This document shows, one piece after another, positions 1 through 7,243 of a stretch of DNA of 15,476 nucleotides; the stretch's first letter is position 1, and every line of letters begins with the position of its first letter. The notes beneath the pieces were generated by a model. It did not search any database. It had not been told where the DNA came from and was given only the letters and a program-made list of their open reading frames with translations. A program made the translations under genes and the position numbers. Origin of the DNA: Thermoplasmata archaeon (lineage in GTDB: Archaea > Thermoplasmatota > SW-10-69-26 > JACQPN01 > JAJPHT01); the NCBI GenBank assembly GCA_034667685.1, contig JAXDQU010000014.1:1-15476 (forward strand), written 5' to 3'.

Positions 1-27
1 GATGGCGTCTTGGATCAAGGACTTCAA
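1..27 (-). CDS. Probable 5' end of a gene running off the left edge (MKSLIQDAI...), product unknown
   Basis: Minus strand reads GGAGGG (41-36), 8 nt, then TTG AAG TCC TTG ATC CAA GAC GCC ATC, open to the window edge. Only 9 codons are visible. Confidence 0.45.
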
Positions 28-154
28 GGTCGGGTCCCTCCGGTGAGTCCGCTACGCTGAGCGAGCAGCGCGGCGGCGTGCAATCCCGGCTTACCCAGGA
101 GGGACGGCGGCCTATGAAGCTGCCGAAGTGGAATTCTCGGCGAAGGGCGTGTTC

Positions 155-233
155 GTGGCGCTCCTTTCCCAACACCGCGTATCCGAGGCATCCGCGGATT
201 CCGGGATTCATGGTGTTGGGAAGGGAGCGCCAC
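155..233. repeat. 79-bp imperfect loop-less palindrome (intergenic inverted repeat)
   Basis: Outer arms GTGGCGCTCCTTTCCCAACACC (155-176) and GGTGTTGGGAAGGGAGCGCCAC (212-233) match at 21/22 (one G-T). The inner part continues to pair imperfectly to a central ATCCG|CGGAT. Lies about 20 nt past the stop of the 253..933 gene. Confidence 0.9.
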
Positions 234-252
234 CCAGACAGACCGGGGATGC

Positions 253-933
253 CTAGAGCGGCCGCCCGCGACGGTAGGTGCCGACGCGCTCGCGGCGGTC
301 GACGTACGCGCGCTCGTAGGGGCGCGCGCCGAGCATGCCGCCGAGCACCGCGCCCAGGAACATCGCGATCAACGTGCCCACGAGGACGCCGACGACCTGG
401 CCGGTCCAGTTGCCGAAGCTGACGCCGTAGAAGGTCGCCCAGTAGCCGAGGTTGTAGGCCGTGCCGGCCCAGTAGACCAGCGCGCCCACGAGGAGCGCCA
501 TCACGACGCCCCAGACGGCGACGCCGAGGCCGTTCGCCACGCCCGAGCCGCGCGCCATGCGTCCGGCCGCGAGGCCGCCGAGGAAGTAGGCCACGAACTG
601 CGCGATCAGCAAGCCCGCGATGCCGGCCACGGCCAGGCCGTTGAGGTCGAGGGCGCCGGTGTTGGTCCCGGCGCCGCTCTGGTTGTAGGCCGCGTTGCCC
701 AGGAGCGCCAGCACGATGCCGGTGAGCACGAGCATCCAGAAGGCCGCGACGTTCCATCCCAGGAAGCTGTCGCCGAAGGAGAAGCCTGGGCGGTCCGCGC
801 GGTCCGCGACGACGCGGCGCTCCTCGTACTCGCTCGGGGGGACTGGAGTCTCAGGCGCGACCGGCGCGACGACGGGCTCGGTCGCCCGCATGACGTCGGT
901 CGTGGTGTAGCGTTCGTCAGGAACGTCGTCCAT
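253..933 (-). CDS. Hypothetical multi-pass membrane protein (about 4 TM helices), resembling a Gly-rich family I recall from Actinobacteria
   Basis: 226-aa ORF with a hydrophilic N-terminus, hydrophobic segments, the motif FVAYFLGGLAAGRMAR and a C-terminal GAVLGGMLG; strong GC3 codon bias. Confidence 0.8.
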   Translation of the reverse strand: MDDVPDERYTTTDVMRATEPVVAPVAPETPVPPSEYEERRVVADRADRPGFSFGDSFLGWNVAAFWMLVLTGIVLALLGNAAYNQSGAGTNTGALDLNGLAVAGIAGLLIAQFVAYFLGGLAAGRMARGSGVANGLGVAVWGVVMALLVGALVYWAGTAYNLGYWATFYGVSFGNWTGQVVGVLVGTLIAMFLGAVLGGMLGARPYERAYVDRRERVGTYRRGRPL

Positions 934-981
934 GAAGCAGGCTAGCGCAAGGGACGAAGGATCGTCCTTCTGGCCGCTTCG

Positions 982-1374
982 TCACGCGTGGCGCCGGATC
1001 GCGCCCGCCAGCATCGGCTTGGGCATCGCGCCGACCAGCCGGTCGACCAGGCGGCCCTCCTTGAACACGAGCAGCGTCGGGATGCCCTGGATGCCGAAGG
1101 CCTGCATGACGGCCGGGTTGGCGTCCGCGTCGAGCTTGCCGAACGCGACCTCGCCGGCCATCTCGCGCGCCAGCTCGTCCACGATCGGGCCGATGACGCG
1201 GCAGGGCCCGCACCAGGCGGCCCACACGTCGACGACGACCAGCTTGTGCGCGCGCACGAAGTCCACGAACGCCTCGTCCGTGACCTCGACGGGGCGGTCC
1301 AGGGCAGCGGGGCGCTCGGCCATCTCGGCCATCATCTTCTGGCGGATCGCGGCGAGCTCGGGGTCGTGGTCCAC
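982..1374 (-). CDS. trxA: Thioredoxin
   Basis: WAAWCGPC active site, IQGIPTLLVFKEG cis-Pro motif, and an archaeal-type N-terminal helix (DPELAAIRQKMM). GTG start. Confidence 0.95.
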   Translation of the reverse strand: MDHDPELAAIRQKMMAEMAERPAALDRPVEVTDEAFVDFVRAHKLVVVDVWAAWCGPCRVIGPIVDELAREMAGEVAFGKLDADANPAVMQAFGIQGIPTLLVFKEGRLVDRLVGAMPKPMLAGAIRRHA

Positions 1375-1430
1375 GAGCCTCCATTCGTCCGCCTTCAGCT
1401 TGAGCGTTCGGGCACCTCGGCGGAACTCGA

Positions 1431-1506
1431 TCGAGGCTCGGGGCTCTGGACTCAGGGCTCGGGGCTCCGGAGCCTTGAGTCCTGAGTCCAGAGCCCCGAG
1501 CCTCGA
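1431..1506. repeat. 76-bp loop-less palindrome built from G(G/A)CTCNG heptamers (copy 1)
   Basis: 38-nt arms meet at GGCTCC|GGAGCC, 35/38 Watson-Crick, and the 3 mismatches are all G-T on the + strand. Lies between the divergent trxA and acyP. Confidence 0.95.
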
Positions 1507-1550
1507 GGGCGGGAGAAACGCTCTTGCCCGAGGGTGCAGGTGGCGCCGCG

Positions 1551-1826
1551 ATGGCCCGCGCCCACGTCTTCGTCAGCGGCAAGGTGCAGGGCGTCTTCTA
1601 CCGCGACACGACCAAGCAGGAGGCGCAGAAGCGGAGCCTCGCGGGCTGGGTGCGCAACCTGCGCGACGGGCGCGTCGAGGCGGTGTTCGAGGGACCGGCG
1701 GACGACGTCGAGGCGATGGTCGCGTGGTGCCGCATCGGCTCGCCGCTCTCGCGCCCCACCTTCGTCGACCGGCGCGACGAGCCCGAGGAAGGGCTCAAGG
1801 CCTTTGAGATCCGGAGCACGGCCTGA
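1551..1826 (+). CDS. acyP: Acylphosphatase
   Basis: VSGKVQGVFYR and GWVRNLRDGRVEAVFEG signatures; 91 aa from ATG 1551; TGATG overlap with the next gene. Confidence 0.95.
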   Translation: MARAHVFVSGKVQGVFYRDTTKQEAQKRSLAGWVRNLRDGRVEAVFEGPADDVEAMVAWCRIGSPLSRPTFVDRRDEPEEGLKAFEIRSTA

Positions 1827-2479
1827 TGCAGGTCCGCCGCGCGCTCTCGGAGCCCTTCGGCGTGAACGTCTTCGTCGTGCGCGAGGACGATCGCGCGATG
1901 GTCGTCGACGCCACGAGCGGCCTCGACTGGGACGTCTTCGCGCCGCGGCTCGGGCACCTGCTATCAGGCGCCGCCGTCGAGCGCGTCTTCCTGACGCACC
2001 TGCACGTCGACCACGTGGGTGGCGCCGCGCGCATGGCCGCGCTCACCGGCGCGCCGCTGCTGATGCACGAGGACGAGGCGTTCGCGGTCGAGACCGGGGA
2101 CGCGCTCGCCACCGGCGCCGCGCTCTTCGACGCGACGATGGAGGCCGCGCCGGTCACCCGGCTGCGCACGAAGGACGAGGTGCGGCTCGGCGCGCGCCGC
2201 TTCGAGGTGCTATCAGTCCCGGGCCACTCGCCGGGCCACGCCGCGCTCTGGGAGCCCGAGTCGCGCTCGCTCTTCAGCGGCGACGTGGTGTTCGAGGGCG
2301 GATCGTTCGGGCGCGTCGATCTGCCGGGCGGGGACGCGCGGGAGCTGATCCGCTCGCTGGAGAGGCTGGCCGCGCTCGATCCCGTGAACGTCTACCCGGG
2401 CCACATGCGCGCGATCGAGGGCGGGGCGCGCGAGGCAATCCTCGAATCGCTGGACAATGCGCGGCTGATGCTCGGCTGA
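1826..2479 (+). CDS. MBL-fold metallo-hydrolase (glyoxalase II-like)
   Basis: THLHVDHVGG, PGHSPGH, LFSGD, GRVDLPGG and YPGH motifs; translationally coupled to acyP. Confidence 0.93.
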   Translation: MQVRRALSEPFGVNVFVVREDDRAMVVDATSGLDWDVFAPRLGHLLSGAAVERVFLTHLHVDHVGGAARMAALTGAPLLMHEDEAFAVETGDALATGAALFDATMEAAPVTRLRTKDEVRLGARRFEVLSVPGHSPGHAALWEPESRSLFSGDVVFEGGSFGRVDLPGGDARELIRSLERLAALDPVNVYPGHMRAIEGGAREAILESLDNARLMLG

Positions 2480-2484
2480 CACCG

Positions 2485-2496
2485 GCAACGCTTAAG
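2485..2496 (+). promoter_or_regulatory. Putative BRE/TATA-like element for the CBS-ParB/patatin unit
   Basis: GCAACG-CTTAAG, with CTTAAG at -30..-25 from GTG 2521; no SD, consistent with a leaderless archaeal transcript. Confidence 0.55.
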
Positions 2497-2520
2497 CGAA
2501 CCGCATCGTGATGGCGGCTC

Positions 2521-3315
2521 GTGAAGAAGCTCCTGGTGAAGGACTACATGACCCGCACGGTCATCAGCCTCCACCCGGACCTCACCGTGAAGGAGGCCAT
2601 CGACCGCGTCATCCGCGAGGGGCACGTCGGGCTCCCGGTGGCCGAGGGCACGCGCCTGCTCGGCTTCCTCACGCCGAAGGAATTGCTGCGCAACATCGAC
2701 ACCTTGGGCAAGCGCGTGCGCGAGATCATCGCGCAGGGCACCGTCGTCGCGCACCCCGAGATGGACATCGAGGACGCCGCGCGCATCCTCTTCCGCATGG
2801 GCGTCAAGGAACTGCCCGTCGTCGACGACGAGGGCAACATGGTTGGCATCATCTCGACGACCGACATCATCCGCAGCCACATCGAGCGCGTCACGCCGCG
2901 CAAGATGCTCAAGCTGAAGGAGACGTTGGAGTCGCTCTACGGCGTGAGCATCGCCATCGAGCGCCAGATGGTCGAGATCGCGAACCTGCTCCCGACGCAG
3001 AAGCGCATCTACGCCGACGAATTGGCCGGCCGCAAGCGCGAATTGGCGCGCGGCCTCGCCGAGCCGATCATGGTCATCATGAAGAAGCCGCAGCCCGTGC
3101 TCGTGGACGGCCACCACCGCGTCATGGCGGCGCGCCAGATGGGCATCGACAAGCTCGATGCCTACGTGCTGAAGCTCGACCAGGAGCTCGAGCTGGGCCT
3201 GGAGCGCAACGCGCGCGCCAGCGGCCTCCACAAGCTCGACGACATCGAGATCAACGACTTCGGCCAGCACCCGCTCGTGGAGATCACGTCGCGTCTCATG
3301 AAGCCGAAGGAGTAA
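2521..3315 (+). CDS. CBS-pair + ParB/Srx-fold domain protein
   Basis: Tandem CBS domains (VKDYMT...GLPV...LLGFLT; ELPVVDDEGNMVGIISTTDII) followed by a ParB/Srx domain (LLPTQ...EPIMV...LVDGHHRVMAA). Confidence 0.9.
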   Translation: MKKLLVKDYMTRTVISLHPDLTVKEAIDRVIREGHVGLPVAEGTRLLGFLTPKELLRNIDTLGKRVREIIAQGTVVAHPEMDIEDAARILFRMGVKELPVVDDEGNMVGIISTTDIIRSHIERVTPRKMLKLKETLESLYGVSIAIERQMVEIANLLPTQKRIYADELAGRKRELARGLAEPIMVIMKKPQPVLVDGHHRVMAARQMGIDKLDAYVLKLDQELELGLERNARASGLHKLDDIEINDFGQHPLVEITSRLMKPKE

Positions 3316-3318
3316 CGC

Positions 3319-4161
3319 ATGTCGGCCTTGGTGGTCGAGGGCGGCGCGAACAGGTCCGCGTATGCGACCGGCGCGCTCGCGGCGCTGCAGGCGGGCGGCT
3401 TCGTGCCCGACGCGGTCTATGGCACCAGCGCGGGCGGCGCGCTCGCGGCATGGTACGCGGCCGGGCAGATGGAGCGGTGCGTCGCCGTGTGGCCCTACGC
3501 CGCCGACCGCCGCATCATGAGCTATCGCCGCGTGCTCGCCGGGAAGCACGTCTTCGACCTGCGCGCGCTCTACCGCGTGCTGTATCCGGGCGAGTTCGGC
3601 TTGGACGTGGCCGCGGTCCGCCGCGCCCCGTTCCCGGTCGTGGTCACGCTCACCGACGCCGACACGGGCGAGACGCTGCACCCCGACATCCGGAAGGTGG
3701 ACGACCCGCTCGCGTGGATCCACGCCGGCGCCGCGCTGCCCCTCGCCGCCGAGGCGCCCATCGAGATCGACGGCCGGCGCTTCCTCGACGGCGGCACGAC
3801 CGACCCCATCCCGCTCCAGCGGGCGATCGACGACGGGCATCGCGATATCATCTGCGTGCTCAACCGGCCGCGCGGCGAGCGCAAGCCCGAGCCCGCGTGG
3901 GTCACGCGCCTCTTCGGCCGGAGCTTCCCCGGTCTGCGCCGGCACGCCGAGGCGCACCATGCCTACCACAACGCGGCGACGCGCCTCGCCGAGTCGCCTC
4001 CGCGGGGCGTGCGCGTCCGCGTCGTGCGGCCGCAGCGCGACACGGGGCTCTCGCGGACGACGCGCGACGTCAAGAGGCTCCAGGCCGCCATCGCGCAGGG
4101 GCGGGCCGACGCGGCGCGCGCCCTCCCCGATTTGGCCGCTAGCCCATCTGCGTCACGTTGA
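3319..4161 (+). CDS. Patatin-like phospholipase/esterase (YjjU-like)
   Basis: LVVEGGANR oxyanion loop, GTSAG nucleophile and FLDGG catalytic Asp; starts 3 nt after the upstream stop. Confidence 0.92.
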   Translation: MSALVVEGGANRSAYATGALAALQAGGFVPDAVYGTSAGGALAAWYAAGQMERCVAVWPYAADRRIMSYRRVLAGKHVFDLRALYRVLYPGEFGLDVAAVRRAPFPVVVTLTDADTGETLHPDIRKVDDPLAWIHAGAALPLAAEAPIEIDGRRFLDGGTTDPIPLQRAIDDGHRDIICVLNRPRGERKPEPAWVTRLFGRSFPGLRRHAEAHHAYHNAATRLAESPPRGVRVRVVRPQRDTGLSRTTRDVKRLQAAIAQGRADAARALPDLAASPSASR

Positions 4162-4612
4162 GCCCGACCGAGCCGGTGAAGCCGGACGTGTCGATGCGCA
4201 CGTGCCACGTGCTCGGGCCGTCGTTGGCGAGGATCGTCTCGTTGTGCATCGTGCCGTCGCGCGTCGAGACGATGGTGGTCGGGTTCCCGCTCGCGTCGAG
4301 GATGGTGATCGCCGCGTCGCCGCTGCTCCCTTCGCGCACGACGTCCGCGTCCACGCAGAGCCAGCCTGCCTTCTCGACGCGGAAGTCCTTCGCCACCGAC
4401 TGCGAGCTGGCGGTGAAGCTTTGGTTGAAGGCGTACACCGGCGTCTCGGGCGTCCCTTCCGCGGGGGCGCCGGGCGGCGTGACGGAGGGCGTCGTGAGCG
4501 GCACGCCGGAGGCCGACGAGGAGCCGGGCGCGGGCTGGCTCGGCCCGGACGCGCACCCCGCGAGCGACGCGACCAGGAGCGCGACCAGCAGCAAGGTCCG
4601 GGACGCCTGCAT
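4139..4612 (-). CDS. Hypothetical lipoprotein with Pro/Ser/Thr linker and beta-rich domain
   Basis: MQASRTLLLVALLVASLAGC lipobox; ATTTAC at -29..-24; sequons NQS, NET, NVT. The true start is ATG 4612 within the longer 343-aa ORF. Confidence 0.8.
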   Translation of the reverse strand: MQASRTLLLVALLVASLAGCASGPSQPAPGSSSASGVPLTTPSVTPPGAPAEGTPETPVYAFNQSFTASSQSVAKDFRVEKAGWLCVDADVVREGSSGDAAITILDASGNPTTIVSTRDGTMHNETILANDGPSTWHVRIDTSGFTGSVGLNVTQMG

Positions 4613-4721
4613 GCTGCGCGATTCATGCTCCTCGCGTAAATCGCTTGTGGGCTCCCGCCGTGCGTTCCTTCGATGCATGACCCAGAATGCAAGTCCGGTG
4701 AGGGGCGGTCCGCGGCCTCGG

Positions 4722-5384
4722 ATGGGACGGCACCTTCCGCTCGCGCTCGCCACCGCGCTCCTGGCGATGGGCATCCCGGTCGTCGCGAGCGCGACGGCCC
4801 GTGGGGCCGCGGCCACCTTGGCGAGGTACGCCTTCGGCGCGCTCGCGTGGCTGCTGCGGCGCCAGATCCTCCCCGCCGGCCTCAGCCCCGGCCTCCTGCT
4901 GGTGCTCGGCGGCGTGCTCGTCATGGGCGTCGTGGCGCTCGTCGCGCTCTTCGGCTCCGCGTGGGAGACCGGCGCGCCCGAGGCGCCCAAGCCGCGCCGC
5001 GTCCACACGGAGATCCGCGTGGCGGAGGGGCACGCCAGCGACGCGTACCGCGGACCGCGCGACCTGGAGTTCGAGCGCGGCCGGGGCGCCGGCGCCCGCG
5101 TGAACGCCACCAGCCTCGACGCGGTGCTCGACCGGATGGTGGAGACAGAGATGGGCGACCCGCGCATCACGCGCGTCCTGCCCGGCTTCCTGAAGCTGAA
5201 CCTCTACGCGTGCCGCGGCTGCGGGCGCGAAGGCCCTTCCTCCCAGGGCGTCGAGGGGTGCGCGTTCGAGTGCGGATATCTCGAAGGCGCGCTCGGCCGC
5301 GTCGCGGGCAAGACCGCCATCGTCCACGAGGTGCGCTGCCGCAACGCCGGCGCGCCCGCGTGCGAGTTCGAGGCCTGGTACTGA
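4722..5384 (+). CDS. Membrane-anchored V4R (4-vinyl reductase / HNOX-TRAPP-like) domain protein
   Basis: N-terminal hydrophobic helices, then YACRGC...GCAFECGYLEGAL...VHEVRCRNAGAPACEF, the V4R C...G..EG...E..C...G...C.F signature. Start uncertain (ATG 4722 or ATG 4677). TGATG overlap with the GT2 gene. Confidence 0.8.
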   Translation: MGRHLPLALATALLAMGIPVVASATARGAAATLARYAFGALAWLLRRQILPAGLSPGLLLVLGGVLVMGVVALVALFGSAWETGAPEAPKPRRVHTEIRVAEGHASDAYRGPRDLEFERGRGAGARVNATSLDAVLDRMVETEMGDPRITRVLPGFLKLNLYACRGCGREGPSSQGVEGCAFECGYLEGALGRVAGKTAIVHEVRCRNAGAPACEFEAWY

Positions 5385-7204
5385 TGCCCCGCGCCTTGCG
5401 TATCCTCGTCGCTGCGCTCGTCGGCGCCGTCATGGGCCTCGCGGTCTTCCTCCTGGGCGACGCGATCGGCTCGTGGCCCGCGCTCCTCGCGGCGCACGCC
5501 GCCGCGCCCCGCCTGCTGCTGCGCGACGCGGAGGCCCTGAGCCTGGCCGAGGCCGCGTGCCTGGCGCTGGGCACCGCCGCGGGCCTCGTGCTCGCGCGCT
5601 GCTCCTGGCGCTCGTACGGCGTCGCCTCCTACGTCGCGATCGTCTCGGTCGTCGCGGGCTATCTTCTCCACGAGGCCACGGTCACGCTCCCGGGCGCGCC
5701 CGCCTCGGCGCTCCCCTTCTCGCTGCTCCTCTTCCTCGCCGAGACGGCGAGCCTCACGCTGGCGGCCGTCCATGCGTTCTACGGCCTCGACGTCGCCGCG
5801 CGGAAGCGGTGGGCGCGCCGCAGCGACGCGCAGCCCTTCTCCTGCTATTACCTGCCGCGCGTGGCGTTCCACGTCGCCGCGTACAACGAGCCGCCCGAGC
5901 TGGTCGAGGAGACGCTGCGCAGCATCCTCGCCCTCGACTATCCGCGCGACCGCGTCAACGTGATGCTCCTCGACGACTCCACCGACGAGGCCGCCGTCGC
6001 GCGCCTCGCCGCCTTCTGCGCGGAGAACGGCGTGGGCCACCTGCACCGCAACGACCGGCGCGGGTTCAAGGCGGGCGCGCTCAACGACGCGCTCTCCGCC
6101 ACGCCCCCCGAGGCCGAGCTGATCGCCGTCGTCGACGCGGACTACCAGGTCGATCCGGCGTACCTGCGCGAGACGGTGGGATACTTCGTCGACCCCAAGC
6201 TCGGGTTCCTCCAGACGCCGCAGGACTACCGCAACGCCAACGAGTCGTTCATCACGCGCCGCTACTACGCGGCGGACGCGTTCTTCTACCGCGCCGTCAT
6301 GCCCAGCCGGAACGAGGAGGGCGCCATCATCTTCTGCGGCACGATGGGCATCCTGCGCCGCGGCGCGTTGGAGGAGGCGGGCGGCTGGGGCGAGGCGTAC
6401 CTCTGCGAGGACTCGGAGCTGTCGATCCGCGTCATCGGCAAGAGCTATCATTCGCTCTACGTCAACCGCACCTACGGGCGCGGCCTGATCCCGGCCAGCT
6501 ACGGCGCGTTCCGCAAGCAGCACCACCGCTGGGCCTACGGCGGCGGCCAGATCCTCCGCGGGCACGCGCGGCGCCTGATGCGCTCCCCGATGACGCTGCG
6601 CCAGAAGGCCGACTTCCTCATGGGCAGCATCCACTGGTTCGACGGCGCGATCATGCTCCTGATGGCGCTGCTCCTTCTGGCGCTGGGCGTCGCGGAGCTG
6701 GCGGACGTCCACCTCATGGCGCAGCACGCGGACGACGCGCTGCTCCTGGCCCTCGTGCCGTTCTTCCTCCTCTTCGACGGCGTCGTGCGGCTCCACGTCG
6801 CGCTGCGCCGCTCGGTCGACCGCGCCTCGCGCGCCACGCTGGGCGTCATGGGCCTCTGGATGTCCGTGAAGCTGAGCAACGCCTGGGGCGCGACGAAGGG
6901 CCTCCTGCGCATCCCGATGGCGTTCTCGCGCACCGACAAGCGCCGCGGCGCGCGCGCCCGCGAGGGGTGGCCGATCGCCGAGGCGCTCCTCTCCGCGGTG
7001 CTGCTCGCCGTCGCGCTGGGCCTCGCGTGGGACTGCTGGGTCGGCGCGACGGCCGGCCAGCTGGGCGCCTCGCGCGCCCTGCTCGCGCTCTGGCTCGCGT
7101 TCTACGGCGCGGCCTTCGGCGCGGCGCCCTGGTATGCGTTCCGCTCGCGCGTCTCCGCCTGGGCCGCGGCGCGGGCCGAAGAAGGTGTGCCCGCCGAGCC
7201 CTAG
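5384..7204 (+). CDS. Processive membrane GT2 glycosyltransferase, cellulose-synthase/NdvB-like beta-glucan synthase
   Basis: AYNEP, DDS, FKAGALN, DAD, QTPQDY, FCGT, LCED and QHHRW (D,D,D,QxxRW) motifs, with TM helices on both sides; 606 aa from ATG 5384. Confidence 0.92.
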   Translation: MPRALRILVAALVGAVMGLAVFLLGDAIGSWPALLAAHAAAPRLLLRDAEALSLAEAACLALGTAAGLVLARCSWRSYGVASYVAIVSVVAGYLLHEATVTLPGAPASALPFSLLLFLAETASLTLAAVHAFYGLDVAARKRWARRSDAQPFSCYYLPRVAFHVAAYNEPPELVEETLRSILALDYPRDRVNVMLLDDSTDEAAVARLAAFCAENGVGHLHRNDRRGFKAGALNDALSATPPEAELIAVVDADYQVDPAYLRETVGYFVDPKLGFLQTPQDYRNANESFITRRYYAADAFFYRAVMPSRNEEGAIIFCGTMGILRRGALEEAGGWGEAYLCEDSELSIRVIGKSYHSLYVNRTYGRGLIPASYGAFRKQHHRWAYGGGQILRGHARRLMRSPMTLRQKADFLMGSIHWFDGAIMLLMALLLLALGVAELADVHLMAQHADDALLLALVPFFLLFDGVVRLHVALRRSVDRASRATLGVMGLWMSVKLSNAWGATKGLLRIPMAFSRTDKRRGARAREGWPIAEALLSAVLLAVALGLAWDCWVGATAGQLGASRALLALWLAFYGAAFGAAPWYAFRSRVSAWAAARAEEGVPAEP

Positions 7205-7243
7205 AGCCCTAGCTTCATGCTGGGGTCCCGGTCTGGGGCCTCC

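Noticed and set aside
200-240. GGAAGGGAGC resembling the SRP RNA helix-8 motif
   Set aside because: The upstream CCAGG/CCC half is missing, and the segment is fully explained as one arm of the 155-233 palindrome.
2392-4142. 525-aa (-) and 544-aa (+) ORFs
   Set aside because: Shadow or alternative-frame Arg/Gly/Ala-rich ORFs overlapping well-supported CBS-ParB and patatin genes.
3319-4161. Patatin as a CBASS CapV-type defence effector
   Set aside because: No CD-NTase or other defence genes nearby; the sequence looks like a housekeeping YjjU-type patatin.
4674-4691. TGCAT-N8-ATGCA inverted repeat upstream of the V4R-GT2 unit as an operator
   Set aside because: Only 5-bp arms, single occurrence, and no regulator in the window; cannot be distinguished from chance.
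4673-5383. N-terminal extension of the GT2 ORF (843 aa), suggesting a fusion or frameshift with the V4R gene
   Set aside because: The extension is low-complexity and Arg-rich; the TGATG junction at 5382-5386 is standard translational coupling and no slippery site was seen.
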